NCBI GenBank assembly: GCA_041611095.1
Contig: JBFINP010000004.1
Location: forward strand, 4,065-68,064
Source: Acidimicrobiia bacterium
GTDB taxonomy: Bacteria > Actinomycetota > Acidimicrobiia > Spongiisociales > UBA5794
Reading direction: 5' to 3'
Length of the DNA: 64,000 nt
This document shows, piece by piece, positions 32,382 through 42,200 of the stretch. A model generated the notes under the pieces. The model had not been told where the DNA came from. It searched no databases and saw nothing but the letters and a program-made list of their open reading frames with translations. Positions within the stretch are counted from its first letter, which is position 1, and each line of letters begins with the position of its first letter. The translations under genes were made by a program, and so were the position numbers.

Positions 32382-33712
32382 GCCGGCTCCCCGTCGTCGC
32401 GGTCGTCGGACGCCCCAACGTGGGCAAGTCGACGCTCGTGAACCGCATCCTGCGCCGCCGGGCCGCCGTGGTGGACGAGCAGGCCGGCGTCACTCGCGAC
32501 CGGCGGGAGTTCGTCGCCGAGTGGGGTGGCCGGGAGTTCCTGCTCGTCGACACCGGAGGGTGGGAGCTGACCCCCGACGAGCAGTTGACCGCCAACATCC
32601 GCAGTCAGGCCGAGATCGCAGTGTCCGCTGCGGATCTCGTGGTCTTCGTTGCCGACGCCACGACCGCGGTGACGGATGACGACCAGGGTGTCGCCCGGCT
32701 GTTGCTCCGCAGCGGGATCCCGTACGTCTTTGCCGCCAACAAGGTCGACAGCCCTCGCCAGGAGGAGGATCTCTCCCACCTGTGGGCCCTTGGAATCGGA
32801 GAGCCTCATCCCGTGAGCGCCCAGCATGGGCGAGGCACGGGGGACTTTCTCGATGCGCTCATCGCCGAGCTGCCTGAGGCCGAGGAGGCAGATGAGGAGG
32901 AGACGACGGCCCGCCTCGCCATCATCGGACGCCCCAACGTGGGGAAGTCCACACTGCTCAACAAGCTCGCCGGCGAGGAGCGGGTGCTCGTAGCCGCCGA
33001 ACCCGGGACCACGCGCGACCCCATCAATCTCGTCGTCGAGCTGGACGGCGAGCCCTTCGAGATCGTCGACACGGCCGGCATCAAGCGGCGCACCAAGATC
33101 AAGGACGACGTAGAGCGCTACGCCGTCATGCGGGCCAGGGACGCGCTGCGGGATGCCGACGTGGCACTGCTGATCATCGACGGGACGCAGGGTGTCACCC
33201 ACCAGGAACAGCGCCTGGCGGAGGAGATCGCCGTTGCCGGCGTCGGACTCATCGTGCTGCTCAACAAGTGGGATGCGGTCGACGACGAGAGCCGAGCCCT
33301 GACGGAGGATGGTGTGGCCGATCGTCTCGCCTTCGTGTCGTGGGCACCCGTGCTGCGCCTGTCGGCCAAGACCGGAAGTCGAATCCACCGACTGCCCAAG
33401 GCGATCCGCGCCGTGCTGGAGACCCGCCGCCAGCGGATCCCCACACCCGAGCTCAACCGCCTCATCCGCTCCTGGCAGGATGCCCACCCCCCGCCGTTGA
33501 AGGCAGGCAAGCGCCCCCGTGTCATCTATGCGGTCCAGGCGGCGACGGAGCCGCCGACGATCGTGCTCTTCGTGCGGGGCGGCGACCTCACAGACGACTA
33601 TCTGCGGTTCCTCGAGAACCGCCTGCGGGGTCAGTACGACTTCCTCGGCACGCCGCTCCGGCTATACACCCGACGCCGCCACAACCGGCGCCCTTCCGAC
33701 CTCCGTCGCTGA
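32378..33712 (+). CDS. der: ribosome-biogenesis GTPase Der (EngA)
   Basis: Two G domains, GRPNVGKST occurring twice, plus a KH-like C-terminus. Confidence 0.93.
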   Translation: MSRLPVVAVVGRPNVGKSTLVNRILRRRAAVVDEQAGVTRDRREFVAEWGGREFLLVDTGGWELTPDEQLTANIRSQAEIAVSAADLVVFVADATTAVTDDDQGVARLLLRSGIPYVFAANKVDSPRQEEDLSHLWALGIGEPHPVSAQHGRGTGDFLDALIAELPEAEEADEEETTARLAIIGRPNVGKSTLLNKLAGEERVLVAAEPGTTRDPINLVVELDGEPFEIVDTAGIKRRTKIKDDVERYAVMRARDALRDADVALLIIDGTQGVTHQEQRLAEEIAVAGVGLIVLLNKWDAVDDESRALTEDGVADRLAFVSWAPVLRLSAKTGSRIHRLPKAIRAVLETRRQRIPTPELNRLIRSWQDAHPPPLKAGKRPRVIYAVQAATEPPTIVLFVRGGDLTDDYLRFLENRLRGQYDFLGTPLRLYTRRRHNRRPSDLRR

Positions 33713-33781
33713 CCTCATGGTGGGCCGGTTGCGGGCGATCGCCGGGTACTCTGGCCGCCATGAGACCCGCGTGGCGTAGCC

Positions 33782-35317
33782 GTGCCTGACGCCCGCTCGC
33801 TCGACGAGCGTTTCCGCAAGGCCACGGAGGCCGCCCTCGCCGGCGGTCCCGAGAAGTACCACGAGAAGCTCGCGCAGCAGGGCAAGCTCTTCGTCCGAGA
33901 TCGGGTCGACCTGCTCTGCGACCCCGGCTCGTTCGAGGAGGATGGTCTCCTCGCCAACGCCATGGCCGATGGGCTCGCCGCCGACGCCGTCGTCACCGGT
34001 CGTGGCACGGTCGACGGCCGCCCGATCATCGTGATCGCCAACGACCCGACCGTGAAGGCCGGCTCGTGGGGCGCCCGGACCGTGGAGAAGATCATCCGAG
34101 CCCTCGAGGCTGCATACGACGAGCTCCTGCCGGTGTTCTACCTCGTCGATTCGGCAGGTGCCCGGATCACCGACCAGGTGGAGCTCTTCCCGGGCCGTCG
34201 CGGCGCCGGCAAGATCTTCTACAACCAGGTGCGGCTGTCGGGACGGGTTCCTCAGATCTGCTGTCTCTTCGGTCCCTCGGCGGCGGGCGGCGCCTACATC
34301 CCCTCGTTCTGCGACGTCGTCGTGATGGTCGAGGGCCGGGCGTCGATGTACCTCGGGTCGCCGCGCATGGCGCAGATGGTGATCGGGGAAGAGACGACGC
34401 TCGAAGAGATGGGCGGCGCCCGTATGCATTGCACCGTCTCGGGGTGTGGCGATGCGCTCGTGTCGAGCGACGAGGAAGCGATCACCTGGGCGCGGCTCTA
34501 CTTCTCCTACGTTGCCGATCACTACCGGGTGCTGCCGCCGAGCTACGCCCCGGAGCCCGCGTGGGGCGCCGACCCGGGTGCGGTGCTGCCCGACGACTCC
34601 GGTCAGGGCTACGACATGGTGGAGTTCATCGAGGCGCTCGTCGACGTCGACAGCCTCTTCCAGATCAAGGAGCTCTTCGCTCGCGAGGTCATCACCGCGT
34701 TCGCCAGGCTCGACGGCAAACCGATCGGCATCGTGGCCTCGCAGCCCAGCCATCTCGGCGGCGTGCTATTCGTCGACTCGGCGGACAAGGCGGCGCGGTT
34801 CATCTGGCTGTGTGATGCCTTCAACATCCCACTCGTGTTCCTCGCCGACGTTCCCGGCTTCATGATCGGGACCCAGGTGGAGCGCCAGGGCATCATCCGA
34901 GCCGGGGCCAAGATGCTGACGGCGATCGCCGAGGCGACCGTGCCACGCATCTCCGTCATCGTCCGCAAGGCATACGGGGCCGGCCTCTATGCGTTCTCGG
35001 GACCCGGGTTCCGGCCTGATGCGACGCTGGCGCTGCCCACCGCCGAGATCGCCGTGATGGGGCCCGAGGCGGCCGTCAACGCGGTGTACTACAACAAGAT
35101 CATGGAGCTTCCCGAGGAGGAGCGGGAGGCGTTCGTGGCCGAGCGGCGCGCCGAGTACGAGGAGGACGTCGACCTCCTGCGGCTGGCCTCCGAGCTGGTC
35201 ATCGACGGCGTCGTCCAACCCGAGGATCTCCGCCACGAGCTGATCACCCGGCTGCAGTATGCGGAGCGCAAGGACCGGACGTTCTCCGGCCGTCGCCACG
35301 GGGTGCCTCCCGTATGA
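33782..35317 (+). CDS. acyl-CoA carboxylase carboxyltransferase (beta) subunit
   Basis: 511 aa. KLFVRDRVDLLCDPGSFEE, GGARMHC.. and PLVFLADVPGFMIG motifs of propionyl-/methylcrotonyl-CoA carboxylase beta chains. Confidence 0.88.
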   Translation: MPDARSLDERFRKATEAALAGGPEKYHEKLAQQGKLFVRDRVDLLCDPGSFEEDGLLANAMADGLAADAVVTGRGTVDGRPIIVIANDPTVKAGSWGARTVEKIIRALEAAYDELLPVFYLVDSAGARITDQVELFPGRRGAGKIFYNQVRLSGRVPQICCLFGPSAAGGAYIPSFCDVVVMVEGRASMYLGSPRMAQMVIGEETTLEEMGGARMHCTVSGCGDALVSSDEEAITWARLYFSYVADHYRVLPPSYAPEPAWGADPGAVLPDDSGQGYDMVEFIEALVDVDSLFQIKELFAREVITAFARLDGKPIGIVASQPSHLGGVLFVDSADKAARFIWLCDAFNIPLVFLADVPGFMIGTQVERQGIIRAGAKMLTAIAEATVPRISVIVRKAYGAGLYAFSGPGFRPDATLALPTAEIAVMGPEAAVNAVYYNKIMELPEEEREAFVAERRAEYEEDVDLLRLASELVIDGVVQPEDLRHELITRLQYAERKDRTFSGRRHGVPPV

Positions 35318-35496
35318 CCTCGGGCGAGGAGCGCTTCGATGAGGCTGCCGGTGTGGCGCCGGCGGAAGGCGGCGACGCTGCCCTCGACGAGGAGAAGTGG
35401 CCGATCGGCTTCATCCTGACGATCGTGATGGTCGGCGTGTACTTGGCATACCGGCTGATCCAGGGCGTCGTGCTGCTCATCGACTGGATCTTCTGA
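35314..35496 (+). CDS. 60-aa protein with acidic N-terminus and C-terminal TM helix, coupled to the carboxyltransferase
   Basis: ATGA overlap with the preceding stop. Hydrophobic segment WPIGFILTIVMVGVYLAY. Confidence 0.5.
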   Translation: MTSGEERFDEAAGVAPAEGGDAALDEEKWPIGFILTIVMVGVYLAYRLIQGVVLLIDWIF

Positions 35497-35561
35497 GCGA
35501 GCGCGACCCCCGGCCCGCCGGGTGCCCGACCCGAACTAGCCGGCTGTAACATGACCGAGCA

Positions 35562-35639
35562 CGGGCTGTGGCGCAGCTTGGTTAGCGCGCTTGACTGGGG
35601 GTCAAGAGGTCGCCGGTTCAAATCCGGCCAGCCCGACCA
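35562..35639 (+). tRNA. tRNA-Pro (anticodon GGG), CCA encoded
   Basis: Manual cloverleaf: acceptor CGGGCTG/CAGCCCG, D stem GCGC/GCGC, anticodon stem CTTGA/TCAAG with loop CTGGGGG, T arm GCCGG-TTCAAAT-CCGGC, discriminator A plus CCA. Confidence 0.9.
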
Positions 35640-35640
35640 G

Positions 35641-35667
35641 AGAACCCCTTGCATCGCAAGGGGTTCT
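35641..35667 (+). terminator. stem-loop terminator after tRNA-Pro
   Basis: Perfect 12-bp stem AGAACCCCTTGC / GCAAGGGGTTCT with a 3-nt loop, followed by a T-containing tract. Confidence 0.7.
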
Positions 35668-35738
35668 GTTCGTGTGGTGGGGAAGCGGGCCGAACCGCCG
35701 GTGTCGAGCCCTGTTCGGTCTCGACTTCAGCTACCCGG

Positions 35739-36839
35739 CTACCCCGCTCCGTTCTCGCGTTCGAGCGAGCGGACGAACTCCGCCAGGTCGTCGGCAACGA
35801 GCTCCGGAGTCTGCTTTGCGGTGAAGTGACCGCCTCGGGGGAGGTCCTTCCACACCCGGATGTTGCGATACGTACGTTCGGCGTACTCGCGGGGGAATCC
35901 CCTCTCTCCCCACTGGACCGACACTCCCACCGGTACGTCGATCATCGGAAGGGTTGGCTCGTGTCGCCCGTGGTAGTAAGAGAGGAACGATGTACCGATG
36001 GTGCCGGTGAACCAATAGAGACTGACGGTGGTGAGGATGTCGTCGCGGGTCCATGATGTGGCGAAATCCTCACCACTCCATTCGTGCAGCTTCTCGACCA
36101 TCCAAGCCAGGAGACCGGCTGGCGAGTCGTTGAGACCCACCGCAAGTGTGTCCGGCCGCGTCCCCTGGACGTGCGCATAGCCCTTGCCCGTCCGCCACTT
36201 GTCGTCCAACCACTCCATGAAGCGAGTTTCCGCCTCGGTTAGGTCGCCTTGTCGCTCATCGGGCGGAAAGGCGGCATGGGTGGCGAAGATCCCTGCCACT
36301 GCTTCGGGGAAGAGCGCGCCCAGCCAATCGCTGATGGCGGCGCCGACGTCCTCTCCGTACGTCACGTAGCGCTCGTACCCAAGGACGTCCGTCATGAGCC
36401 GATGCCACAGGCGGGCGACCACGTCCGAAGTGAAGGGTGCGTTGTCGAGCGGTTCGGAGAATCCGTGGCCCGGGAGGGAGGGGATCACCAACGAGAAGCC
36501 TGGAAGATGAGGGACGAGGGCCAGCATCTCGATGAAGGAGTACGGCCACCCGTGGCTGACGATGAGGGGGACGGCGCGATCCCCCCCGCCGATGTGGACG
36601 AAATGGATGCGCACGCCTTCGATGTCGGCTGTGTACTGAGGAAAGGAGTTGAGCCGTTGCTCGTGCAGCCGCCAGTCGAAGTCCTCCTGCCAGTACTCGA
36701 GGATTCCCGAGAGATAGACATAATCGACTCCGGACTCCCAGGCCGCTCCTGCCGCGGGGAGGCCGATTCGACTTCCAGCCAGACGTCGCTTCAGGTCGAC
36801 CAGGTCGGCCTCCGGGACGGCGATCACGAATGGCTCCAC
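35739..36839 (-). CDS. epoxide hydrolase (alpha/beta fold with EHN N-terminal domain)
   Basis: WRLHEQRLNSFPQYTADIEGVRIHFVH ... SHGWPYSFIEM pattern. Confidence 0.85.
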   Translation of the reverse strand: MEPFVIAVPEADLVDLKRRLAGSRIGLPAAGAAWESGVDYVYLSGILEYWQEDFDWRLHEQRLNSFPQYTADIEGVRIHFVHIGGGDRAVPLIVSHGWPYSFIEMLALVPHLPGFSLVIPSLPGHGFSEPLDNAPFTSDVVARLWHRLMTDVLGYERYVTYGEDVGAAISDWLGALFPEAVAGIFATHAAFPPDERQGDLTEAETRFMEWLDDKWRTGKGYAHVQGTRPDTLAVGLNDSPAGLLAWMVEKLHEWSGEDFATSWTRDDILTTVSLYWFTGTIGTSFLSYYHGRHEPTLPMIDVPVGVSVQWGERGFPREYAERTYRNIRVWKDLPRGGHFTAKQTPELVADDLAEFVRSLERENGAG

Positions 36840-36972
36840 CAGGGAAGGCTACCGCGACGTCCCGACCGCACCCATTACTCGACCGGAGCCCACGGCACCT
36901 CGCGGCTGGGCTTGCCCCGCAGAGGTTGCTTGGGGTGGGGGTCGTGGCGGAGACGCCTCGCCTGTCAGAGGA

Positions 36973-37368
36973 ATGGACCCGATGGAGCCGTTGTCGGTAA
37001 ATCTCGAGGAGCAGGAGCGGCGAGTCCTCGTCGCAGGACTCACCGAGTGGTCGGGCCCCGCGCGCCCAACAGAAGAGCTGGCCGTTGCGTTGGGCTTCGA
37101 CGGCCTCGACGACTTCGGGAGCGAGCGGCTCGGGTTGTGGTGGGCTCTCGAGCAGCACCAGCCGCTGACCCGGCTCGACTGGGCTCGTGTGCTCATGGCG
37201 ACGGAGATTGTCTTTGCCAGCAACGTGGTGGGTTCCGGCCACGACTGGATGTTCACCGTCGGGATATCTGACGAAGAGACCTTGTTTCTCCTTCGAACCA
37301 TCCAGCTCAAGCTGACGGGCGAGGTGCGACCCTTGCTCGGCCGGGGCCTCGGAACCCGACCCGACTAG
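36973..37368 (+). CDS. hypothetical protein (131 aa)
   Basis: Clean ORF with protein-like composition. No recognisable motif. Confidence 0.45.
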   Translation: MDPMEPLSVNLEEQERRVLVAGLTEWSGPARPTEELAVALGFDGLDDFGSERLGLWWALEQHQPLTRLDWARVLMATEIVFASNVVGSGHDWMFTVGISDEETLFLLRTIQLKLTGEVRPLLGRGLGTRPD

Positions 37369-37772
37369 CTCCAAGACCTCGTCCATGCACGGGCCCCTCG
37401 CAATCGGGCATCATGTGCCCATGGGGCCAGAGGCCAGCACGTCCACGCGATGCTCGGGCGCTTCCACCAGCTGGCAATGGCAGCCGACTACCCGGACCAC
37501 CATGAGGTCATGTGCCTCTACGGTCTCGTCGATGAGTGGCAGGGCGGTTGGGGCAGGACGCGAGCGGAGATCGAGGCTGACGCCGACGAGATGACCCGAA
37601 CCCTCGCCGTGCGGCATCCACCGCCGCCACCATTCCTCGTCAGGGCCATCGGCGCGAGGGGTCAGTCAGCTAGGGGAGCCAGCCCCTCTGGTGTCGACGC
37701 AGGAACTGGCATGCGGGTCTCTCGTTGTGCCGCGTATGGTCAAGACAGTGGGCGCGCACCAAGGAGGGAGAT

Positions 37773-38219
37773 ATGGGAGCCCAGATGACGTCGTCGGTCG
37801 TCATCGCCCGACCGGTCTCGGAGGTCTTCGCATACATCCTCGATTTCGAGAAGAACCTGCCGGTATGGGCAACCGACATCGAGTACTGCCGAAAGACCTC
37901 CGACGGACCCGTAGGTCCCGGAACCACGTTCGTCATTGGTCAGAAGAGGTTGGGGAAGGCGCGCGACGCAGCGATGAAGGTCGTGAAGATCGACCCCAAC
38001 CGAACCATCGAGTCGGACGCCGAGGTGGGGCCGCTGTCGCTGAACCTGACCTTCAGTCTTTCAGAGGTCGAGGAGGGCGCACAGGTCACGGTGAACGGCG
38101 ACGGTGAGCTGCCCGGGGTGCTCAAGCTGCTGGCGCCGATCGGGGCGCGTCAGGGCCGTCGCGTCTGGGACGCAAGGCTGGCGTACCTCAAGAAGGTGCT
38201 GGAGGATCAGAAGGCGTAG
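37773..38219 (+). CDS. SRPBCC (polyketide cyclase/START-like) family protein
   Basis: ATG at 37773 preceded by AAGGAGGGAG. SSVVIARPVSEVFAYILDFEKNLPVW is a typical SRPBCC N-terminus. Confidence 0.78.
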   Translation: MGAQMTSSVVIARPVSEVFAYILDFEKNLPVWATDIEYCRKTSDGPVGPGTTFVIGQKRLGKARDAAMKVVKIDPNRTIESDAEVGPLSLNLTFSLSEVEEGAQVTVNGDGELPGVLKLLAPIGARQGRRVWDARLAYLKKVLEDQKA

Positions 38220-38295
38220 CTGCCAGGTCCGCAGCGTTGCTCGGCCGATACGGCTGCCCTCAGAGGGGATGGCCATCGGCGAGCGGTGAGTCGGA

Positions 38296-38324
38296 AGGAG
38301 GCGGCCCGGGCCGGACCGCCTCCT
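38296..38324. terminator. bidirectional hairpin between convergent genes
   Basis: AGGAGGCGG / CCGCCTCCT 9-bp stem with a GC-rich 11-nt loop. Confidence 0.5.
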
Positions 38325-38346
38325 CAACCCGCTCCGACTCAGCGGT

Positions 38347-38862
38347 TCACGGACACGGACCGACCGAAGGGTTGAAGTCGGCGAACACCCCCGAGGGGTT
38401 GCGTGTCCAGACCCAGGCGTGGAGCACCCACACCCCGAGATCGGCGTTCAGGTGGAATTCCTGCCCGAACAACTCCGGCGGGTCCTCGGGATCGACGAGG
38501 TCGCCGGGCACGACGTACTCGACGCCGACCAGGGCGAGACCCGCATCGGTCACCTCGTACACCATCGCCTCAGGGTGGAGGGCGTCGACGTTCCCGTCGA
38601 GGAGTCCGAAGTTGACGTAGTGCTGACCCATCCCGCCTGCGTCGGAATCGATGCAGACCAAAAACAGCTCGTATCCGGCACGCTCGGCCTGGGTCACCGA
38701 GTGGAACCGAGCCGTGGCTCGCCGCACGTCGCGCAGTGTGGTGTCACCGTCGTCTGCAGGCTGTGCCGACGCTGCGCCGACGGGTATGGCGAGAGCGAGG
38801 ACCAGCGCGGCCCCGAGGACACCGCGCCGGCGGGTTCGTATGGATGCAGTGCGCTTCATCAT
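38347..38862 (-). CDS. secreted His-containing hypothetical protein (possible Tat signal)
   Basis: Signal peptide MMKRTASIRTRRRGVLGAALVLALAIPVGAASA/QP. Mature part has GMGQHYVN and VLHAWVWTRNPSGVF motifs. Confidence 0.7.
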   Translation of the reverse strand: MMKRTASIRTRRRGVLGAALVLALAIPVGAASAQPADDGDTTLRDVRRATARFHSVTQAERAGYELFLVCIDSDAGGMGQHYVNFGLLDGNVDALHPEAMVYEVTDAGLALVGVEYVVPGDLVDPEDPPELFGQEFHLNADLGVWVLHAWVWTRNPSGVFADFNPSVGPCP

Positions 38863-39110
38863 CCCTCCACCACCTCGAAGATCTCGTCGGCGACGAGGCC
38901 GTGCGCCTCTCGGTGCACGGTGGCGGCCGCTTCCGGCGAGGGCGCCTCGACGAGGCAGAAGACCTTGCCGGCTTTCTCGTCAACCCAGTAGCTGCGGTAC
39001 GTGACGCCGTACTGGTCCTGGATCGCCATGTCGGCCTCGTGGGCGCCGGCGACATCCGCCGCCGTCGCTCCGTCGGGCAGACGCTGGTGCACGTCCATGT
39101 AGAGCGGCAT
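38859..39110 (-). CDS. DUF4242-like small ferredoxin-fold protein
   Basis: MPLYMDVHQRLPDGATAADVAGAHEADMAIQ...KVFCLVEAPSPEAAATVHREAHGLVADEIFEVVEG. ATG at 39110 preceded by GAAGGAGGAA. ATGA overlap with the downstream gene. Confidence 0.75.
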   Translation of the reverse strand: MPLYMDVHQRLPDGATAADVAGAHEADMAIQDQYGVTYRSYWVDEKAGKVFCLVEAPSPEAAATVHREAHGLVADEIFEVVEG

Positions 39111-39159
39111 GGTTCCTCCTTCTCTCGACGACCATGCACCGCCCACCCTCACGGGCGCC

Positions 39160-39192
39160 GGCTGGACCACGGCTGAACCCGGGTAGAACGCC
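39160..39192 (+). promoter_or_regulatory. three direct repeats at 11-bp phasing in the divergent promoter region (candidate SARP operator)
   Basis: GGCTGGACCAC / GGCTGAACCCG / GGTAGAACGCC, contiguous. The third repeat covers the -35 position relative to a TACGGT -10-like hexamer at 39208-39213. Confidence 0.4.
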
Positions 39193-39219
39193 GGCAGGAG
39201 GGTTGGGTACGGTTGCCTG

Positions 39220-42200
39220 GTGGACATCCGCATCCTGGGGCGGCTGGAGGTGTACGACGGCGATCGACCGATCGACGTCAGCCGCCCCATGGAGCGCGCG
39301 CTGCTGACGATCCTCGGCGCGCAGGTGGGAGAGGTCGTGTCCACCGATCGGCTCGTCGACGGCCTGTGGGGCGAGGACCTCCCGGCCACCGCGACCAAGA
39401 CATTGCAGACGTACGTCCATCATCTCCGCTCCCTCCTCCCGCCGGGAGCGATCGCGACGGAGGGCTCGGGCTACCGGCTCGCCGTCGATCCGGCCGACGT
39501 CGACGCTTGTCGCTTCGAGGACACGGTCGAGCGAGGGCGCGCCCGGCTCGACGCCGATCCGGCGGTTGCGGCAGCGCTGCTCGCCGCAGCCCTCGACACA
39601 TGGCGGGGCGAGCCGGCGGCCGATGCGCAGAGGGCAGAATGGCTCCGGCCGGTCCGCGTCAAGCTCGAGGGCATGCGACTTCGTGCGACCACGGACCTGA
39701 TCGACGCACGCATCCGCATGGGGCAGCACCGTGAGGCGATCCCACAGCTTCGCGCCCTCGTGGAGGAGCACCCGCTGCGAGAGGACCTGTGGGGGCTCTT
39801 GATGCTGGCGCTGTACAGATCGGGCCGCCAGGCCGAGGCACTCCGTGCGTTCACTACCGCTCGCAACGGCCTCGCTGAGGAGCTGGGCGTCGAGCCGGGA
39901 CCCGAGCTGCGCCGCCTGGAGGCGCTCATCCTCGCCCAGGATGCCTCGCTCCTGCCGGACCCTCATCCGATCGCCGAGGCGGAGCCTGCTGCGGAGCCCG
40001 TCGTCTCGCAACCGCAAGCGGTGGAGCGACGCTTGACGACACTCGTGCTGGCCCAGCTCGATGGGGCGAAGGAGCTGCGCATCGCCGTCACGCCGCGTAC
40101 TGCCGACAAGATCCTCGAGGAGGCCGTGCGTGTCATCGGATCGGTGGTCGAGTCTCTCGGCGGAACGATCGTGGACCGAGACGAAGCGGGCCTCGTGGGA
40201 TCGTATGGGACCCCGATCGCCCGGGAGGACGATGCGTACCGGGCAGTCCGGGCCGCCCTGAGCGTACGTGCCGAGCTGGCACGGCAGAGCAAGGAGGTCG
40301 AGCGCTCGTGGGGATCCGGGGGCATCGCGTACCGGGTTGCGGTCCTGACCGTCCCCGTCACCACCCCGTTCGGGGCGGATGGCGATGTCGATGACCATCG
40401 TGAAGAGCTCGCCCGTCTCGCCGCAGCGGGCCGGGCCGGCGACGTCGTCGTCGACGACCACACCCACCGGCTCATCCGCGAGCTCTTCTGGTGGGACGAC
40501 GGAGACGGCGACGTAGGACCCGCATGGAGGGTTCGCGGAGTGCGCGGGGAGCCAGGGAAGGCGCGAGTGGGTCGCCGTCTGCGCTCTCCACTGTTCGGCC
40601 GGGAGACCGAGCTGGCGGTAGCCACCGAGGCGCTCCAGGCGCTCGGCAGGGGAGTTGGGGGCGTGCTCGTCGTGTTGGGCGATGCCGGGGTCGGCAAGAC
40701 GCGGCTGCTGGAGGAGATCCGGGAGTTTGCGCTCCAAACCGATGTCCAGTGGATGGTTGGTCACTGCGCGTCGTACGCCGAGGCGATTCCCTACCGGCCG
40801 CTTCGAGACCTCGTACGATCGTGGCTCGACCTCGGCGTCGACGACACCGAGCTCAAGACCAGGGTGACGCTCGCCGAGCGGCTGGACGAGCTCGACCCCC
40901 AGGTCGCGAGGGACCTCTCCCCGTATCTCGGTGGACTCCTCGGCGTGATGCCGGAATCAGGTGAGGCCGGCCGCCTTCAGCTTGCTCCCGAAGCGCTGCA
41001 GTACCGCACCTTCGAGGTCGTCCGCGAGCTGTTCGGTGCGCTGGCGCGACGCCGGCCGCTGGTCGCCGGTATCGAAGACATCCACTGGGCGGACCCCACC
41101 TCACTCCAGCTTCTCGAGCAGATGCTGACTCTCACCGAAACCGAGCCCCTCCTCCTCGTTCTGACGGCCCGTCCGGATCCCGACCACCCGTCACATCGGT
41201 TGCGTGACACGGCGCGTCGTGCCATTCCCCACCTCTTGCGGGAGGTCACGCTCGACGTACTCGGCGACGATGCCCAGCAGGCGATGCTCCAGGCGCTGGT
41301 TGGGGCGGGGACGTTGCCTGCCGCGATGACCCGCAAGCTCCTCAACCTCGCCGAGGGCAACCCCTTCTACCTCGAGGAGCTGATCGGCGCGCTCATCGAT
41401 GAAGGGGCCCTCGTACCGGGCGACCACGGGTGGGAGTTCGACCACGACGTTGCGCTCACTGTTCCCGAGACGGTCGAGAAGGTGGTGCAGGCTCGTATCG
41501 ACCGGCTCCGCGCCCCGGTCCACCATCTGGTGACCTCCGCGTCGGTCCTCGGGCGCCGGTTCGGGCTTCCCCTTCTTCAGGGCGTCGTCGGGGAGGCGGA
41601 GAGCGTCGTGGAAGCCCTCCATGAGCTTCTTCGCCTCGACCTGCTCGTGGAGGCCAGACGCTGGCCGCAGGCCGAGTACGTCTTCAAGCATGCGCTCATC
41701 CAGGAAGCCGCCTATAGAACGCTGCCGGCGGCACGCCGCAACGACCTCCATCGAAGCGCCGCCGAGTGGTTGGAACGCCGCCACCAGAGCAACGAGGACG
41801 AGGTGGCCGGGCTGCTTGCTCGCCACTGGGCCGCCACCGGCGACGAGGTGCGCGCCATCGGTGCCCTGATAACTGCCGGCGACCTGGCTCGACGCGACCA
41901 CGCACTCGACGAGGCGATCGAGCACTACCGCACGTTGCTCCCGATGCTCGAACGCCGGGGCGACCACCAGACGATGGCGCTCGTGCTCCTCAAGCTCGGT
42001 CTCGCCCTCCATACGGCCCTCCGGTTTGCGGAGTCGAATGCCACGTATCAGCGGGCCTTCGAGCTGTGGGAGCCCTCCTCCGGTGTGGAGGCCACCGAAG
42101 TGCTGCGGTTCGCCGGCCCGCCGTTCTACCGACCCGGCGATCCGATCCGCTCGTACTTCCTCCCGGACATGCAGCTACAGATGGCATTGTTCGACCGCCT

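Noticed and set aside
37369-37772. Overlapping candidate ORFs 37411-37617 (-) and 37450-37788 (+) in the 400-nt stretch before the SRPBCC gene.
   Set aside because: Both frames show similar third-position GC bias (about 75-79 percent by hand count), and neither has a recognisable motif. The plus-strand frame would run through the SD and start of the next gene. I cannot decide between them or a non-coding region, so neither is annotated.
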